59,551 bases of DNA from the IMG/VR virus record IMGVR_UViG_3300031991_000010, positions 1 to 59,551 of that record; one strand, written 5' to 3'. The stretch is from a virus. Both the position numbers and the translations under genes were made by a program. Under the pieces are notes generated by a model. That model was given only the letters and a program-made list of their open reading frames with translations. It had not been told where the DNA came from and made no database searches. Below are positions 43,913 to 53,275 of the stretch, piece after piece. The first letter of the stretch is position 1; the number at the start of each line of letters is the position of its first letter.

Positions 43913-44419
43913 CTAAGCAAGCAAAGTCCCGTCATAGGAACCGCCGTAACCACCGCCCCCCGGATCGCCGGGAAGGTCTGGCGGTAAGGGTGGTGGCGGT
44001 GGTGGTGGTACTGATGGGGGCGGCGGCGGGGGCGGCACCGTGGGCGCGCCGGGCGGCGAAAGCGGTGATGCTGGCGTGCTCCACGCGCCGAGAGTTGCGG
44101 CCCCAACGGGAAGTACTACGCGGCCCGCTGGCGTGAACCACGCAAGCTCTTCCTCGGTGTAGACGATGCTGAACGCCTCGCCCTCCTCGCGGTTGTAGGA
44201 AAAGCGCCGCACGATGGGCGGATCGCCCTCGGCGGCGCCAAAGTCCCACAGGTAAAACGTGCCTGGCGCGCGATCCATCGGACCCTGCACCTTGGCGAGC
44301 CAATTCACGAGCACCGCCGCGCGCGTCTCATAGCCTTCAAGGTCGATGCGGTTGATGGCGAGATCGTCAACCTCGCCGCCATTGAACGACAGAATGGGAA
44401 CCCTGCGGCGCTGCGCCAT
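43913..44419 (-). CDS. Tail tubular protein B N-terminal module as a separate ORF, with polyproline tail
   Basis: ILSFNGGEVDDLAINRIDLEGYETRAAVLVNW matches the gp12 N-terminal pattern (..GG.S....R.D.......N.W). Ends in PPPPPPPSVPPPPPPPLPPDLPGDPGGGG. Confidence 0.6.
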   Translation of the reverse strand: MAQRRRVPILSFNGGEVDDLAINRIDLEGYETRAAVLVNWLAKVQGPMDRAPGTFYLWDFGAAEGDPPIVRRFSYNREEGEAFSIVYTEEELAWFTPAGRVVLPVGAATLGAWSTPASPLSPPGAPTVPPPPPPPSVPPPPPPPLPPDLPGDPGGGGYGGSYDGTLLA

Positions 44420-45054
44420 CAGCTATCTCGCCACCCACGCCCGGTCGGTCGGTCACGGCTTTGGTTCCACGAGCTTTCCGTGCGCTGAATGCGCTTCGGG
44501 GATTGCTGCGCGTCGGTCACCGTCACATCGCTCCACGACTTCGTGGTCATGGCGTCAATGCGTTTCATGCGTTCAGGATCGAGCGTGGCCGGCGCAATCA
44601 CTTGCGCCATCCGCCACCCCATCCAGTCGCAGAAGAGTTGCGACCACCGCCCGACATAATCCTCGCGCACGAAGTCGGCCGACACGAAAGTCGCCCACAC
44701 GCTGTCGGAATTGGAAACGACATAGCCGTTCTCGACGACGGCGCTCACCGGATAGTCATCCGCGCCGGCATAGGTGTAGCCCTCGGTGCGCAGCGCGCGC
44801 GCCGGCAGATCGTACACGTAGTCATGGCTGACGCGGATAATGGCCGGTGCGGCGCGGTTCAGTTCCTCGCGCACGATGGCGAAGTTGAACGGGTACTGTT
44901 CAAGCGCGCCGCGCGCGACACCCTCCCACCGACGCGCCAGCTTCTTCACGAAGGGGCTCGATCCCGCGTTGGTCTCGGTGTTGACGACTGACTTTTCCGC
45001 GATCTCGTCGAGCGCGAAATTCCAGATATCAAGGAGGGTGCCGGTGCTCGCCAC
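44419..45054 (-). CDS. Tail tubular protein A (T7 gp11-like)
   Basis: LLDIWNFALDEIAEKSVVNTE...ARRWEGVARGALEQYPFNFA pattern, and a position immediately upstream of tubular B. Confidence 0.65.
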   Translation of the reverse strand: MASTGTLLDIWNFALDEIAEKSVVNTETNAGSSPFVKKLARRWEGVARGALEQYPFNFAIVREELNRAAPAIIRVSHDYVYDLPARALRTEGYTYAGADDYPVSAVVENGYVVSNSDSVWATFVSADFVREDYVGRWSQLFCDWMGWRMAQVIAPATLDPERMKRIDAMTTKSWSDVTVTDAQQSPKRIQRTESSWNQSRDRPTGRGWRDS

Positions 45055-45057
45055 GGC

Positions 45058-45621
45058 CTAGTTTTTCTCGGTAGTGCGGTAGCCGGCGAGATAGTTGTAG
45101 CCGCCCATGTACGAAGCGAAGCCACCGCGCAGGAGCTTGTTGCCGTCTTCGCGCAGGACGCGCCAGCCGGCCGCCTTCGACCCGCTGAACTCGATCTTGA
45201 AGCCGCGCGGCGGGTTGGGCCGGGAGAACTTCACCACGTCGCCCACGGGCTCCACGAGCACGAGGCCGGCGAGCTTGTCGACCTCATTGACGCGCAGCTT
45301 GCAGAACCACGAGCCATCGAACGGCTCGACGTCGAGATAGTCGCCAGGCTGCACGTCGGCGGCGAAGTTCGACCAGTACGTCGGGTCAAGGAGATCGATC
45401 GGTTTGTGCGTGTGGTCGACGTACACTTCCCACGAATTGCGCGCCGTGCCGGGGAGATTGAGGGTGGCGTCGAGCGCGGTCGGCTTGCGATTCTCGGGCT
45501 CGGGCGCGGCGCCCACGGGGCGCGAGAGCGCAGGGTGGTCCTTCAATTGGTCGGGCGCCGGCTTTGGCGGCTCCTTCCAATCCTTCTCGTTGTGATCGAC
45601 GATCTTGGTGGCGTCAGCCAT
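45058..45621 (-). CDS. Hypothetical virion protein (187 aa)
   Basis: Located in the structural module. Confidence 0.6.
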   Translation of the reverse strand: MADATKIVDHNEKDWKEPPKPAPDQLKDHPALSRPVGAAPEPENRKPTALDATLNLPGTARNSWEVYVDHTHKPIDLLDPTYWSNFAADVQPGDYLDVEPFDGSWFCKLRVNEVDKLAGLVLVEPVGDVVKFSRPNPPRGFKIEFSGSKAAGWRVLREDGNKLLRGGFASYMGGYNYLAGYRTTEKN

Positions 45622-45648
45622 GGCGTAATCCTTCAGCCCTGAAACGGA

Positions 45649-45681
45649 AGATGGCGGGGAGGTTTCCCCCGCCCGCCATCT
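45649..45681 (-). terminator. Strong hairpin, possible partial terminator after the 116-aa gene
   Basis: Minus strand: AGATGGCGGG...CCCGCCATCT with a 10-bp outer stem, followed by UCCGUUUC (a weak U tract). Confidence 0.4.
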
Positions 45682-45706
45682 GGCCGTGCGCCATGCTGAA
45701 GGTCAA

Positions 45707-46057
45707 TCAGGAGGAAACGAGGGTCTGAGACTCCGCTTCCGTCAGGACCGCCGCCCCGGCGGCGTTGAGCCCCCGAATGCGGTAGTTCGCCACCACGGCG
45801 ATGGAGCCCGAGCCGGTGAGCGGCGTCGTCGTGCCGTCCGCCGGGGTGATCGGGTTGGGGATCGCCGTCGTCCACACCGTGACCGACAGCTTGTCGCCCG
45901 GCTTCATGCCAAGCTCTTGCGCGTTGCTGAAGTAGCCCGCGCCAGCCGTGCCCTCAATCGTCACAAGCGCGTCGAGGGTATCATAGTGCCACTGAGAGTT
46001 GGCGAAGACGCCGAACGCGCCCGCCGCAACCGCCAGCCTGTTTGCATTGTATGCCAT
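45707..46057 (-). CDS. Hypothetical capsid-associated protein (116 aa)
   Basis: Immediately downstream of the major capsid gene. RBS AAAGGAGAA. Confidence 0.6.
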   Translation of the reverse strand: MAYNANRLAVAAGAFGVFANSQWHYDTLDALVTIEGTAGAGYFSNAQELGMKPGDKLSVTVWTTAIPNPITPADGTTTPLTGSGSIAVVANYRIRGLNAAGAAVLTEAESQTLVSS

Positions 46058-46102
46058 GTGAAAATTCTCCTTTGGGTTTCGATCAGACCGTCAGACGCTC
46101 GC

Positions 46103-46945
46103 TTACGAGAACGTCGTCGTGTCGTTGTGAACCCACTTGGTGACGCCCTTCACAAGCGCTATGGTCCCGGCCTGCATCACCTGGCCGTTGCATTTGAACT
46201 TGCGGTGCTCCTCCGAATAGAACGCGTGGAAGGGCTCTTCCCGTTGGTGGTACTCGATGGCGCCCGAGTGGAAGATGTAGCAGGTCGCCGTTGCCGTGCC
46301 GGCTCCCGGCATTTCGGGGAACGGCACCCACAGGATGCCCCGGTGGCGGAACGCGCGGCGCTCCTGCAACTTCAGTTCATTCACGTAGTCACGCGAAGAA
46401 ACCGTCGTCTGCCGCTCGTACTCGATGTGTGCGTGCTCGGTCAGGAGGCCGATGATCTCGCCCTCTTGCGCCTTGATCCGCGTGCGGAAGTCGGCGGCGA
46501 AGTTGTCGACGGTCGCGGCGCTGAACACCTGCGCGTTGCCTGAGTTGGTCTGATAGGTGGCGCCGGCGAGCACGTCGAGCACGTAGGTGTTCTGCGCGCG
46601 TTTGATCGCGTTGCGCACCTGCATGTACATGATTTCGCGCTGATCGACGCTCGACTTGAACGCCTGAAAGTTCGCGATCTCGGTGCCGTCGACCGCCTCT
46701 TCCAGCGTCATCGTGACGACGGATTGGCCGCCGCGACGATAGACGATGTTACCTTCACGGGTGCGGCCACGAGCAACGCCGTCGTCGGCGGCAATCGTGA
46801 ACGTCGCGGTGTTGAAGCCTTGCTCAATGCCCTTCTGAGACACGAGCATCGGCAGAAGCGCTTTGTCGACCGAGTAATCCTTCTTGTACTCGGACATGTA
46901 GAGAAGGCGTTCGGATGCGGTTACTGAATTGGCATCATAGGACAT
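46103..46945 (-). CDS. Major capsid protein
   Basis: 280 aa. Position after portal and scaffold. The long structured leader suggests high expression. The fold was not verified. Confidence 0.65.
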   Translation of the reverse strand: MSYDANSVTASERLLYMSEYKKDYSVDKALLPMLVSQKGIEQGFNTATFTIAADDGVARGRTREGNIVYRRGGQSVVTMTLEEAVDGTEIANFQAFKSSVDQREIMYMQVRNAIKRAQNTYVLDVLAGATYQTNSGNAQVFSAATVDNFAADFRTRIKAQEGEIIGLLTEHAHIEYERQTTVSSRDYVNELKLQERRAFRHRGILWVPFPEMPGAGTATATCYIFHSGAIEYHQREEPFHAFYSEEHRKFKCNGQVMQAGTIALVKGVTKWVHNDTTTFS

Positions 46946-47080
46946 GGTTCACCTGTCGATGTTTTGAGAGGCGATCTCGACAGGAAACCGGGTGATCCGC
47001 CCACTCTTGCGAGGATTTGGCGGAGCCGCATAACCGTCGTCAGTAAAACGGAGCCGCATGACCGGGTGATCCGCCGCGTC

Positions 47081-47114
47081 GGCCCCCATCAGATCGCCAG
47101 AAGTGATGGGGGCC
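47081..47114 (-). other. Perfect 11-bp-stem hairpin 12 nt downstream of the scaffold gene
   Basis: ggcccccatca / tgatgggggcc with a 12-nt loop and no U tract. Confidence 0.6.
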
Positions 47115-47125
47115 GAGCGCTGTTA

Positions 47126-48172
47126 CTAACGGCCTGTACGTGCGCCTTCGCGCTTTTCAAGGTCTGAAATCGTCGAAAGCAGACTTTGAAGACGTTTCTG
47201 TGTTTCGGGTGCGTTGTATTGAGCACGCTGATCGGGCGTGCCTTTGCGCAGATCGGAGAGTCGATCAGCCTCGGTGCGCAGGTTGTCGAGCGAGCCCGAG
47301 AGCGCGGTGTCGGTGTTGTTGAACGCGAGGAAGGTGTCGTCGGCCGCGAACTGAAGTCCGACTTGCGCGAGCACTTGGGCCACGAGCGGGTGTTCGATCA
47401 CCTTTGTGCCGTCGTCGAGCAACAGGCCCTTGAACGCATCCATCTGCCCCTGCGGCGCAAACTTGCCGATCACCGCGCCCGCATAAGCCATGTTCTTTTC
47501 GTACTTCTCGTCACCGCCCCACCGCTCGATGAGCGCCGTCTTGTTGGCCTTGGCAGTCGCAGCGGCCTCCTCGGCGAAGGCGTTCAAGCCCTCGGTGTCG
47601 AACTCGGCGAGCGCCGCCGCGAGCTTGCTGGCGCCGTGAGCGTCGAGCCCCAATTCGGGGCCGAGCTTGGTCAGCACGCCGATGCCGGCCTCGACTGTCG
47701 GCGTCGGTGTGTAGCCGGCGGGGAGCGCGAGCTTGTAGCCAGTGGGGTCTTTCGGCACCCCGAGCTTGTCATAGAACAGCCTAGCCGCCGCCGGGTCTTT
47801 CCATGAGCCGTCTTCGTTGCGTTCGGGAATGCGCGTGGTGCGGTTGTCGCTCCACCGCGATTGCAGATCGAGGAGACTGTCGGCCGCCGCATTCAGGTCG
47901 GTGAACCGCCCCATGATGTTGGCGCGCTTCTCGGCAACCTCACCCTCGCCGAAGGAGTGCTCACCGTACCATTTCGAGGCGGCGGCGGGCGGCGGGGGTG
48001 GTGAGGCCGGCGGCGAGCCGGGAGGCGGCGCAGGAGGGCCGGGCGGGGGCGCTGGTGGTCCCGGTGGTGACCCCGGCGGTGGTGGAGGCGAACCCCCTCC
48101 ACCACCGCCACCAAGTCCCGGATCGCCGGGAATGGGGAGCCGCGAGATCGACGTCATCCAGTTAATCTTCAT
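47126..48172 (-). CDS. Scaffolding protein with Gly/Pro-rich N-terminus
   Basis: 348 aa between portal and capsid. Helical body. N-terminal GGGGGGGSPPPPPGSPPGPPAPPPGPPAPPPGSPPASPPPPP. Confidence 0.65.
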   Translation of the reverse strand: MKINWMTSISRLPIPGDPGLGGGGGGGSPPPPPGSPPGPPAPPPGPPAPPPGSPPASPPPPPAAASKWYGEHSFGEGEVAEKRANIMGRFTDLNAAADSLLDLQSRWSDNRTTRIPERNEDGSWKDPAAARLFYDKLGVPKDPTGYKLALPAGYTPTPTVEAGIGVLTKLGPELGLDAHGASKLAAALAEFDTEGLNAFAEEAAATAKANKTALIERWGGDEKYEKNMAYAGAVIGKFAPQGQMDAFKGLLLDDGTKVIEHPLVAQVLAQVGLQFAADDTFLAFNNTDTALSGSLDNLRTEADRLSDLRKGTPDQRAQYNAPETQKRLQSLLSTISDLEKREGARTGR

Positions 48173-48488
48173 TGTCGTCAGCCCTTGTCGTTGGTGGTTT
48201 TCGTGTCAGTTTCGGAAACGCCGGCATCGCCAAGCTGGCCGCAGCGCAAAATGATTGCGCCACGAAGTGCCGCCCGGCGTTGAACTCCGCCGTTCCCGGT
48301 GCGTCGCCTGGCGTGAATGATGGCAGGGTGAATGCGCACGGCCCACTCAACAGCCACGAGATCGCAAGCTGTTGCTGGTAGCTGTCGGCGACGCCGGCCG
48401 CGAGGTTCTGACATGCCGCCATGATCTCGAAATCGGCCGGCGGATACGGCGCCGGCATTTGATTCGGCCCGCCCGGTCTAGTTGACAT
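48162..48488 (-). CDS. Hypothetical protein (108 aa)
   Basis: ORF overlapping the portal stop and the scaffold start. Confidence 0.5.
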   Translation of the reverse strand: MSTRPGGPNQMPAPYPPADFEIMAACQNLAAGVADSYQQQLAISWLLSGPCAFTLPSFTPGDAPGTAEFNAGRHFVAQSFCAAASLAMPAFPKLTRKPPTTRADDNED

Positions 48489-50211
48489 AAGCCGGCGCTC
48501 CTATCGGCTGCTGCATCATGCCGTTGACCATCTGCGTCGCCGCGCCCGGGTTTTCCTCCAGCGCCTTGTCGGCGATAGCGCCAACAGGTTTGGTCTTGCC
48601 AAGCTCGGCGGCCATGGCGATGGCGTCTTGCTGTTCGCGCTGTTCGTTGTCGGCCTCGATCTCGGCCTCGACGTCATCGGGATCGCGCTGCCATCCGACC
48701 GGCGCCAGACCCGAGAGAACCGTCTTCTGCACCTTATCCCAATTCACCCGCTTGCGGGCGTGCGGATCGACGACTTCCGACTCCGTAACCCACAGCGCGA
48801 CTTGCTTGCCTTGCATCACGCGCAGTTGCTTGATCGCCTTTTGCACGGGCGTATCGAAGTCATACTTGGCGTCCTGCCCCTGAAGCTCATCGGGCGCGGG
48901 ATCGAAGACGCGATACTCGTTGCCGATATCGAAGATCATGTCGAGCAAGCGCGACTGATCAGCTTCCATCGGCTCAAAGATCGGCGACACCGACGCGATC
49001 AGTTCCTCGATCCGTTGCTCGACTTCACCGAGCGTCATTTCATGCTCGGTGGGGAGCTTGAACATCGATTCAAAGAAGACGGCGCGCAGCCAATCGCCTT
49101 TGTATTTGATGTAATCCATCCCATAGGACGGGTTGCCGATCTCGTGGGCCACCTCAATCGGGCGGCCGTTCTTGTAATCGTAATCCTTCACGCCGTAGGT
49201 CAGGCCACCGGCAGTCAAGTCAACTTGCGCGCCGACGATGGCCTCGTGCTTGGCGATCAATGGCGGGTCGGCGGTCTTCTCGACAGCCTCGCAAATGCTG
49301 CGATCCGCCTTGCTCAACAGCCGGCTATCGGAGAGCGCCATCGGCGTGATGATCGACATACCCCATGGGCGACCGCCAGCGCGTGACCAACGCCGCACGT
49401 GGTACGGAAAATAGGTGAGCCAGGTCTCTTTCAGCACCTCGCCCGAAGTTTCGCAGATGTAGACGCAGGCGAACTTCGCCATCTTCGGGGGTAGCATCCC
49501 CATCTTGTCGCGCTCGAACTTCCATTGCGACACGGGCATGGTGATCTGGCGCACCGGGAACGTCTTGGTCGGGTCGCCCTTCATGGGATCGAGCGCTTCG
49601 CGGATCGCCTTCAGCGACTCCTTTTGCAGCACTTCTTCGCCGCACTGATCCTTGATCGTCTGCGCGGTGGGCCGCGTCTTCTCGTGCATCTGATTGACGA
49701 CGCGCTCGCCGTTCTCGACCCATGCGCAGTCGCGCAGATGCTTGTTGGTGAAGATCAAACCCGTCTTCGCCATATTGACGAGCACGGTGCTGACGGAAGA
49801 GCCGAAAGTCACATAGTCATTGTCGTCGAGCACCATCGTCTCGGCGAACAGAGCGCTCGCGCGATACATCATGTTGCGCATGCGCTTGCTGGTCTCTTCC
49901 AACCAGATCAGCGTCGGATGCGAGACAATCGGCGGCTCTTCCTCGGGGTCGCCCACCGACATGCAAAACCATTCACGCCCACGCGGGCGAATCATGGTGC
50001 CAATGCGGTTCGAGGTTTCCCGTCGCAGGCGCGCCGGCTCATTGGCGGCGTTGCCTTCATAGTCGCTGATCATCGGCGGCGAGACAGACATGAAGCTGCC
50101 GCGCTCGGGATAGAAGATCAGCCGAAGCTGTTCACAGATCGAGTGGTAGAACTGAAACTCGCCGAACACCTTGTCAGATTGCTTCAGCGCGATCTTGCCG
50201 CGCTCGCTCAT
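48478..50211 (-). CDS. Portal (head-tail connector) protein
   Basis: 577 aa, two small ORFs downstream of terL and before scaffold/capsid. Size and order are typical of T7-like connectors. Confidence 0.75.
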   Translation of the reverse strand: MSERGKIALKQSDKVFGEFQFYHSICEQLRLIFYPERGSFMSVSPPMISDYEGNAANEPARLRRETSNRIGTMIRPRGREWFCMSVGDPEEEPPIVSHPTLIWLEETSKRMRNMMYRASALFAETMVLDDNDYVTFGSSVSTVLVNMAKTGLIFTNKHLRDCAWVENGERVVNQMHEKTRPTAQTIKDQCGEEVLQKESLKAIREALDPMKGDPTKTFPVRQITMPVSQWKFERDKMGMLPPKMAKFACVYICETSGEVLKETWLTYFPYHVRRWSRAGGRPWGMSIITPMALSDSRLLSKADRSICEAVEKTADPPLIAKHEAIVGAQVDLTAGGLTYGVKDYDYKNGRPIEVAHEIGNPSYGMDYIKYKGDWLRAVFFESMFKLPTEHEMTLGEVEQRIEELIASVSPIFEPMEADQSRLLDMIFDIGNEYRVFDPAPDELQGQDAKYDFDTPVQKAIKQLRVMQGKQVALWVTESEVVDPHARKRVNWDKVQKTVLSGLAPVGWQRDPDDVEAEIEADNEQREQQDAIAMAAELGKTKPVGAIADKALEENPGAATQMVNGMMQQPIGAPAYVN

Positions 50212-50471
50212 CCGCCGCCACCCGCAAGCGGCGTGATCGCGGCGCCCGTCGCCATCGGCTTGACGGTCTTCACCTGGCCCTTCGCGCCCGAGCGGCCAGC
50301 GCCGTAGCTTCCGGCGCCAACGCGCTTGGCCGCAGCCGCCCGCGCCCTGCGCATGCGATCCACCACCGAGCCGCCATCCGGGTCAGGAAGCGGCGTCGGC
50401 GGCGCTGGCGGAGGTGGTAGTGGCGCGGCCACGGGTGCGGGCTCCGCCCTTTGTTTGCGACGGAGCCCCAT
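50208..50471 (-). CDS. Hypothetical Ala/Pro/Gly-rich protein (87 aa)
   Basis: ATGA coupling with the portal start. Low-complexity sequence. Confidence 0.45.
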   Translation of the reverse strand: MGLRRKQRAEPAPVAAPLPPPPAPPTPLPDPDGGSVVDRMRRARAAAAKRVGAGSYGAGRSGAKGQVKTVKPMATGAAITPLAGGGG

Positions 50472-50482
50472 GGGCGCGTCTC

Positions 50483-50707
50483 CTAGGAGGCTGGCGGCGG
50501 CGGATAGAGTGCGTTCAACGACGCGTTGACGCGGGTGCGCAGGGCTGGCGTACCGTCTTTGGCTGGCAGATCGCCCCCGAGACGGCGCACCGCTTCATCG
50601 ACGATCTTGTCGCGGGAAATGGTGAACTCACCATTCTCGGTGTGCTGATCGACCACGTTGTTCACGGTGTCGTCGATGGTGGCGTCGTCGAAATCTCGTT
50701 CGTCCAT
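50483..50707 (-). CDS. Hypothetical acidic protein (74 aa)
   Basis: ATG preceded by AGGAGA, which lies inside a hairpin (50708..50735). Confidence 0.6.
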   Translation of the reverse strand: MDERDFDDATIDDTVNNVVDQHTENGEFTISRDKIVDEAVRRLGGDLPAKDGTPALRTRVNASLNALYPPPPAS

Positions 50708-50858
50708 GGGAAGTCTCCTAGCTAGGGAGCTTCCCGCTTATGTGCGCCACGGCAGAGTGCAAGCCCCACCGTGGTGCATAGGGCTCACACCCGAGGCGGC
50801 CAGGCCCATCGTCTTCCTCTTCGACTTTCTTGCCGATCATATTCAACTTGGTTCATCT

Positions 50859-52523
50859 TCAGCCCTTTTTCATATGCTCATTGGCCCGTTTAACCTTGAG
50901 CATGCCGGGGTGCTTACCATAGCGCCCGCTATGCTGGTAGCGCGCCCGTTCAATTTCTTCGGGATGCACGACAGGGGCGTTGATCGCCAGCACCACGGCG
51001 ACGCCACGGTCGGGCGAGCGGCCTATGCGCACCTTCAAGTCTTCCGCCGACTCGGCGACCACGACGCCGCTCACCACGCGGAAGCGCGCCGCGCAGAGAT
51101 CGGCCTTCATCTTGGGATCGTCAGGCAAGGCCAGTTCGCAATCGAGGTTGACCGGGTTTGATGGATCGAGCGCTTCGCGCGTGCGCCACAGGTACTCGGT
51201 GCGCATGTTCTTGAAGCCCCAATTCGAGGCGATGGCGCGGGCGTTCGACGCCTTGGAGCCCGTGTAGCGCGCAGGCTCGGGCACCATCTTGTCTTTGAGG
51301 TGCGTGTAGCAGCTATCACCGTAGCCGCCGCCCATGTCGATCACGAGGCGCGCGTGATCCTTGTGGTGCTGCACCACCATGCCGGCGAGGAACGTGCCGT
51401 CAGGCACCTCCTTACCTGGCCGCGCGATGAGATCATCGATAGTCTTGTTGTCATACATGGGCGCGAGCACCGCCTCGTCGGCCCCGCCGAGGGCGCAGTC
51501 GAGCCCGAGCGCAGTCATTACCCGACGCGGAGCCTGGCCCGTCTCGCGCAGCCGCTTGCGCTCCTTGCCGATCTGAATGGCGCGGTTCACCCACGCGGTC
51601 GGGATGATCTGATACTCGTGATCCTTCACGCCAGCTTGGAAGTCGCCGTGCAGAAGTTGCGAGCGGTAGGGCTCGGGCATGGCCGCGATGCGGGCTCGAT
51701 AGTCGGCATCGAGATACGGGTTGTCGTGCAGGTTTGCGTGAATGAACGTGCGCGATTTCGGCTTGATCTCGTTGCCGTTCTCATCACGGCCGCGCCAGTC
51801 TTCGGTCACCTCCGTGTCGACGCCTTCGATGGTGGTGAACCACCGCAATTCGCCGTCCATCGCAGGGTTCGGGTGCGCAGGATCGAGCCACACGGCCCAC
51901 CGGCGCCGCACCCACTCGCCCTCGGGGCTGTCTGGCGGGTTTCCAGCGACCACCACGCGACACCGCTGCGTCTCAGGCACACCCGAGCCGGGGCGGTTCC
52001 AGCCGATGATGTAGGTGTATTGCGACTCGGTGAAGTGACAGATTTCGTCGAATGCCTTGAGATCGTCAGCCTGGCCCTGAAAGCCGGTCTTGTCCTTCTC
52101 GTGCGGACACGACGACAGTCGAATGGTGCGCGGCAACGCATTGCCCTCGCACACACCGAAGCGCATGCGCTTCTTCTGCGAATTATAGCCCTTGTCGCCG
52201 CAGATATTGGTCAACCGGCCTTCGATGCCATCGAGATCGGTGCCTTGCCGGCGTAGGATCAGCGACCGGCGGTGCGCCGTCGACGCTAGGCCGATGATCA
52301 GATCGGTCTTTCCGCCGCCGGCCGCGCCGCCATAGAACAGTTCCTCGGCCTTGCTGAAGTACGCCTCAGTCTGCGGGCCAGGCGAGGGAAACCAGATTTG
52401 ATCCTTCGTCCACCGCATAGCGATGGCTGCGATCTCACGGCCACCTTCGCCGGCCAGGCGACGCATGATCTCATCGAGATCGACGCCGCCACCGCGCGCC
52501 TGCGTTGGAGCGCGGACGTCCAT
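50859..52523 (-). CDS. terL: Terminase large subunit
   Basis: 554 aa. Walker A LFYGGAAGGGKTDL. Typical TerL N-terminal ATPase and C-terminal nuclease layout. Close to the portal gene. Confidence 0.88.
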   Translation of the reverse strand: MDVRAPTQARGGGVDLDEIMRRLAGEGGREIAAIAMRWTKDQIWFPSPGPQTEAYFSKAEELFYGGAAGGGKTDLIIGLASTAHRRSLILRRQGTDLDGIEGRLTNICGDKGYNSQKKRMRFGVCEGNALPRTIRLSSCPHEKDKTGFQGQADDLKAFDEICHFTESQYTYIIGWNRPGSGVPETQRCRVVVAGNPPDSPEGEWVRRRWAVWLDPAHPNPAMDGELRWFTTIEGVDTEVTEDWRGRDENGNEIKPKSRTFIHANLHDNPYLDADYRARIAAMPEPYRSQLLHGDFQAGVKDHEYQIIPTAWVNRAIQIGKERKRLRETGQAPRRVMTALGLDCALGGADEAVLAPMYDNKTIDDLIARPGKEVPDGTFLAGMVVQHHKDHARLVIDMGGGYGDSCYTHLKDKMVPEPARYTGSKASNARAIASNWGFKNMRTEYLWRTREALDPSNPVNLDCELALPDDPKMKADLCAARFRVVSGVVVAESAEDLKVRIGRSPDRGVAVVLAINAPVVHPEEIERARYQHSGRYGKHPGMLKVKRANEHMKKG

Positions 52524-52976
52524 CTATTCAGTCTCGATTATCTCTTCAGCTTCACGCTGCATCGTTTCAAACTCGGCATACGCCTGGCGGAAATGGTCCT
52601 TCTTCACCGGCCCGCGCGCCAGATCGGCGCTCTCGGTGAACACGCGCGACGGGTCACAGCGGGGATCGAACACGATGGTGGCGCGCAGCACCGTCGCCGA
52701 GCCTCGTATCTCGCGCGATGCGCGATCCTCTCCCATGAAGACGACGAGCCCGCCACCCACCTTGACGCGCGAAATGGTGGCGTCGACCAGGCGCACGCTC
52801 TCGTCGTTGTCGAGCCGCGTCTTGCCGAAGCGGTCGATCAGAAACGGAATGTACTTCTGCGGCGCGACCATCACATAGCGCGCGTCGGCGTCGATCATGT
52901 GCTCGATCATCAGAGCCACCATGATCTTCAACCGCGCGTCGAACGCGGCGGTCATTTCGGCGATAGAGCGGGCCAT
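52524..52976 (-). CDS. Hypothetical protein (150 aa)
   Basis: Abuts the terL start (stop at 52524, terL ATG at 52523). Confidence 0.65.
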   Translation of the reverse strand: MARSIAEMTAAFDARLKIMVALMIEHMIDADARYVMVAPQKYIPFLIDRFGKTRLDNDESVRLVDATISRVKVGGGLVVFMGEDRASREIRGSATVLRATIVFDPRCDPSRVFTESADLARGPVKKDHFRQAYAEFETMQREAEEIIETE

Positions 52977-53275
52977 CAGACCTTCTCAAAGTACGAGGTT
53001 TCACGCGCCGGAGTTTCACGGGCCGGAGGCTGTGCTCGCGCCATACGCAAGACAACAAACGCCAGCGCCAGAAATGCAACGCAGAAGAGCGCCGGCATGA
53101 CCATGAGATTCATCATAAATGCGATCATCAGGAAGCCGAGGACCATGATACATGCGTGCAGCATCCACCGCACCACGCCCATGACGTCACGATCACGAAG
53201 AAGCCCGAGCACCTTCTCGACGACGGCCACGGCCGCCAGCGGCGCGAGAAGTCCGGTGATAATCACGGGGTCCAT
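52976..53275 (-). CDS. Small membrane protein (99 aa, about 3 TM)
   Basis: ATG at 53275 after GGAGGTAATGAC. C-terminal PARETPARET encoded by a tandem GTTTCACG repeat. Confidence 0.65.
   Translation of the reverse strand: MDPVIITGLLAPLAAVAVVEKVLGLLRDRDVMGVVRWMLHACIMVLGFLMIAFMMNLMVMPALFCVAFLALAFVVLRMARAQPPARETPARETSYFEKV

Noticed and set aside
43898-43915. Possible stop-codon readthrough joining the two tubular-B ORFs (same frame)
   Set aside because: Two in-frame stops (TAG then TAA) lie within 9 nt, so readthrough is implausible. A split gene is more likely.
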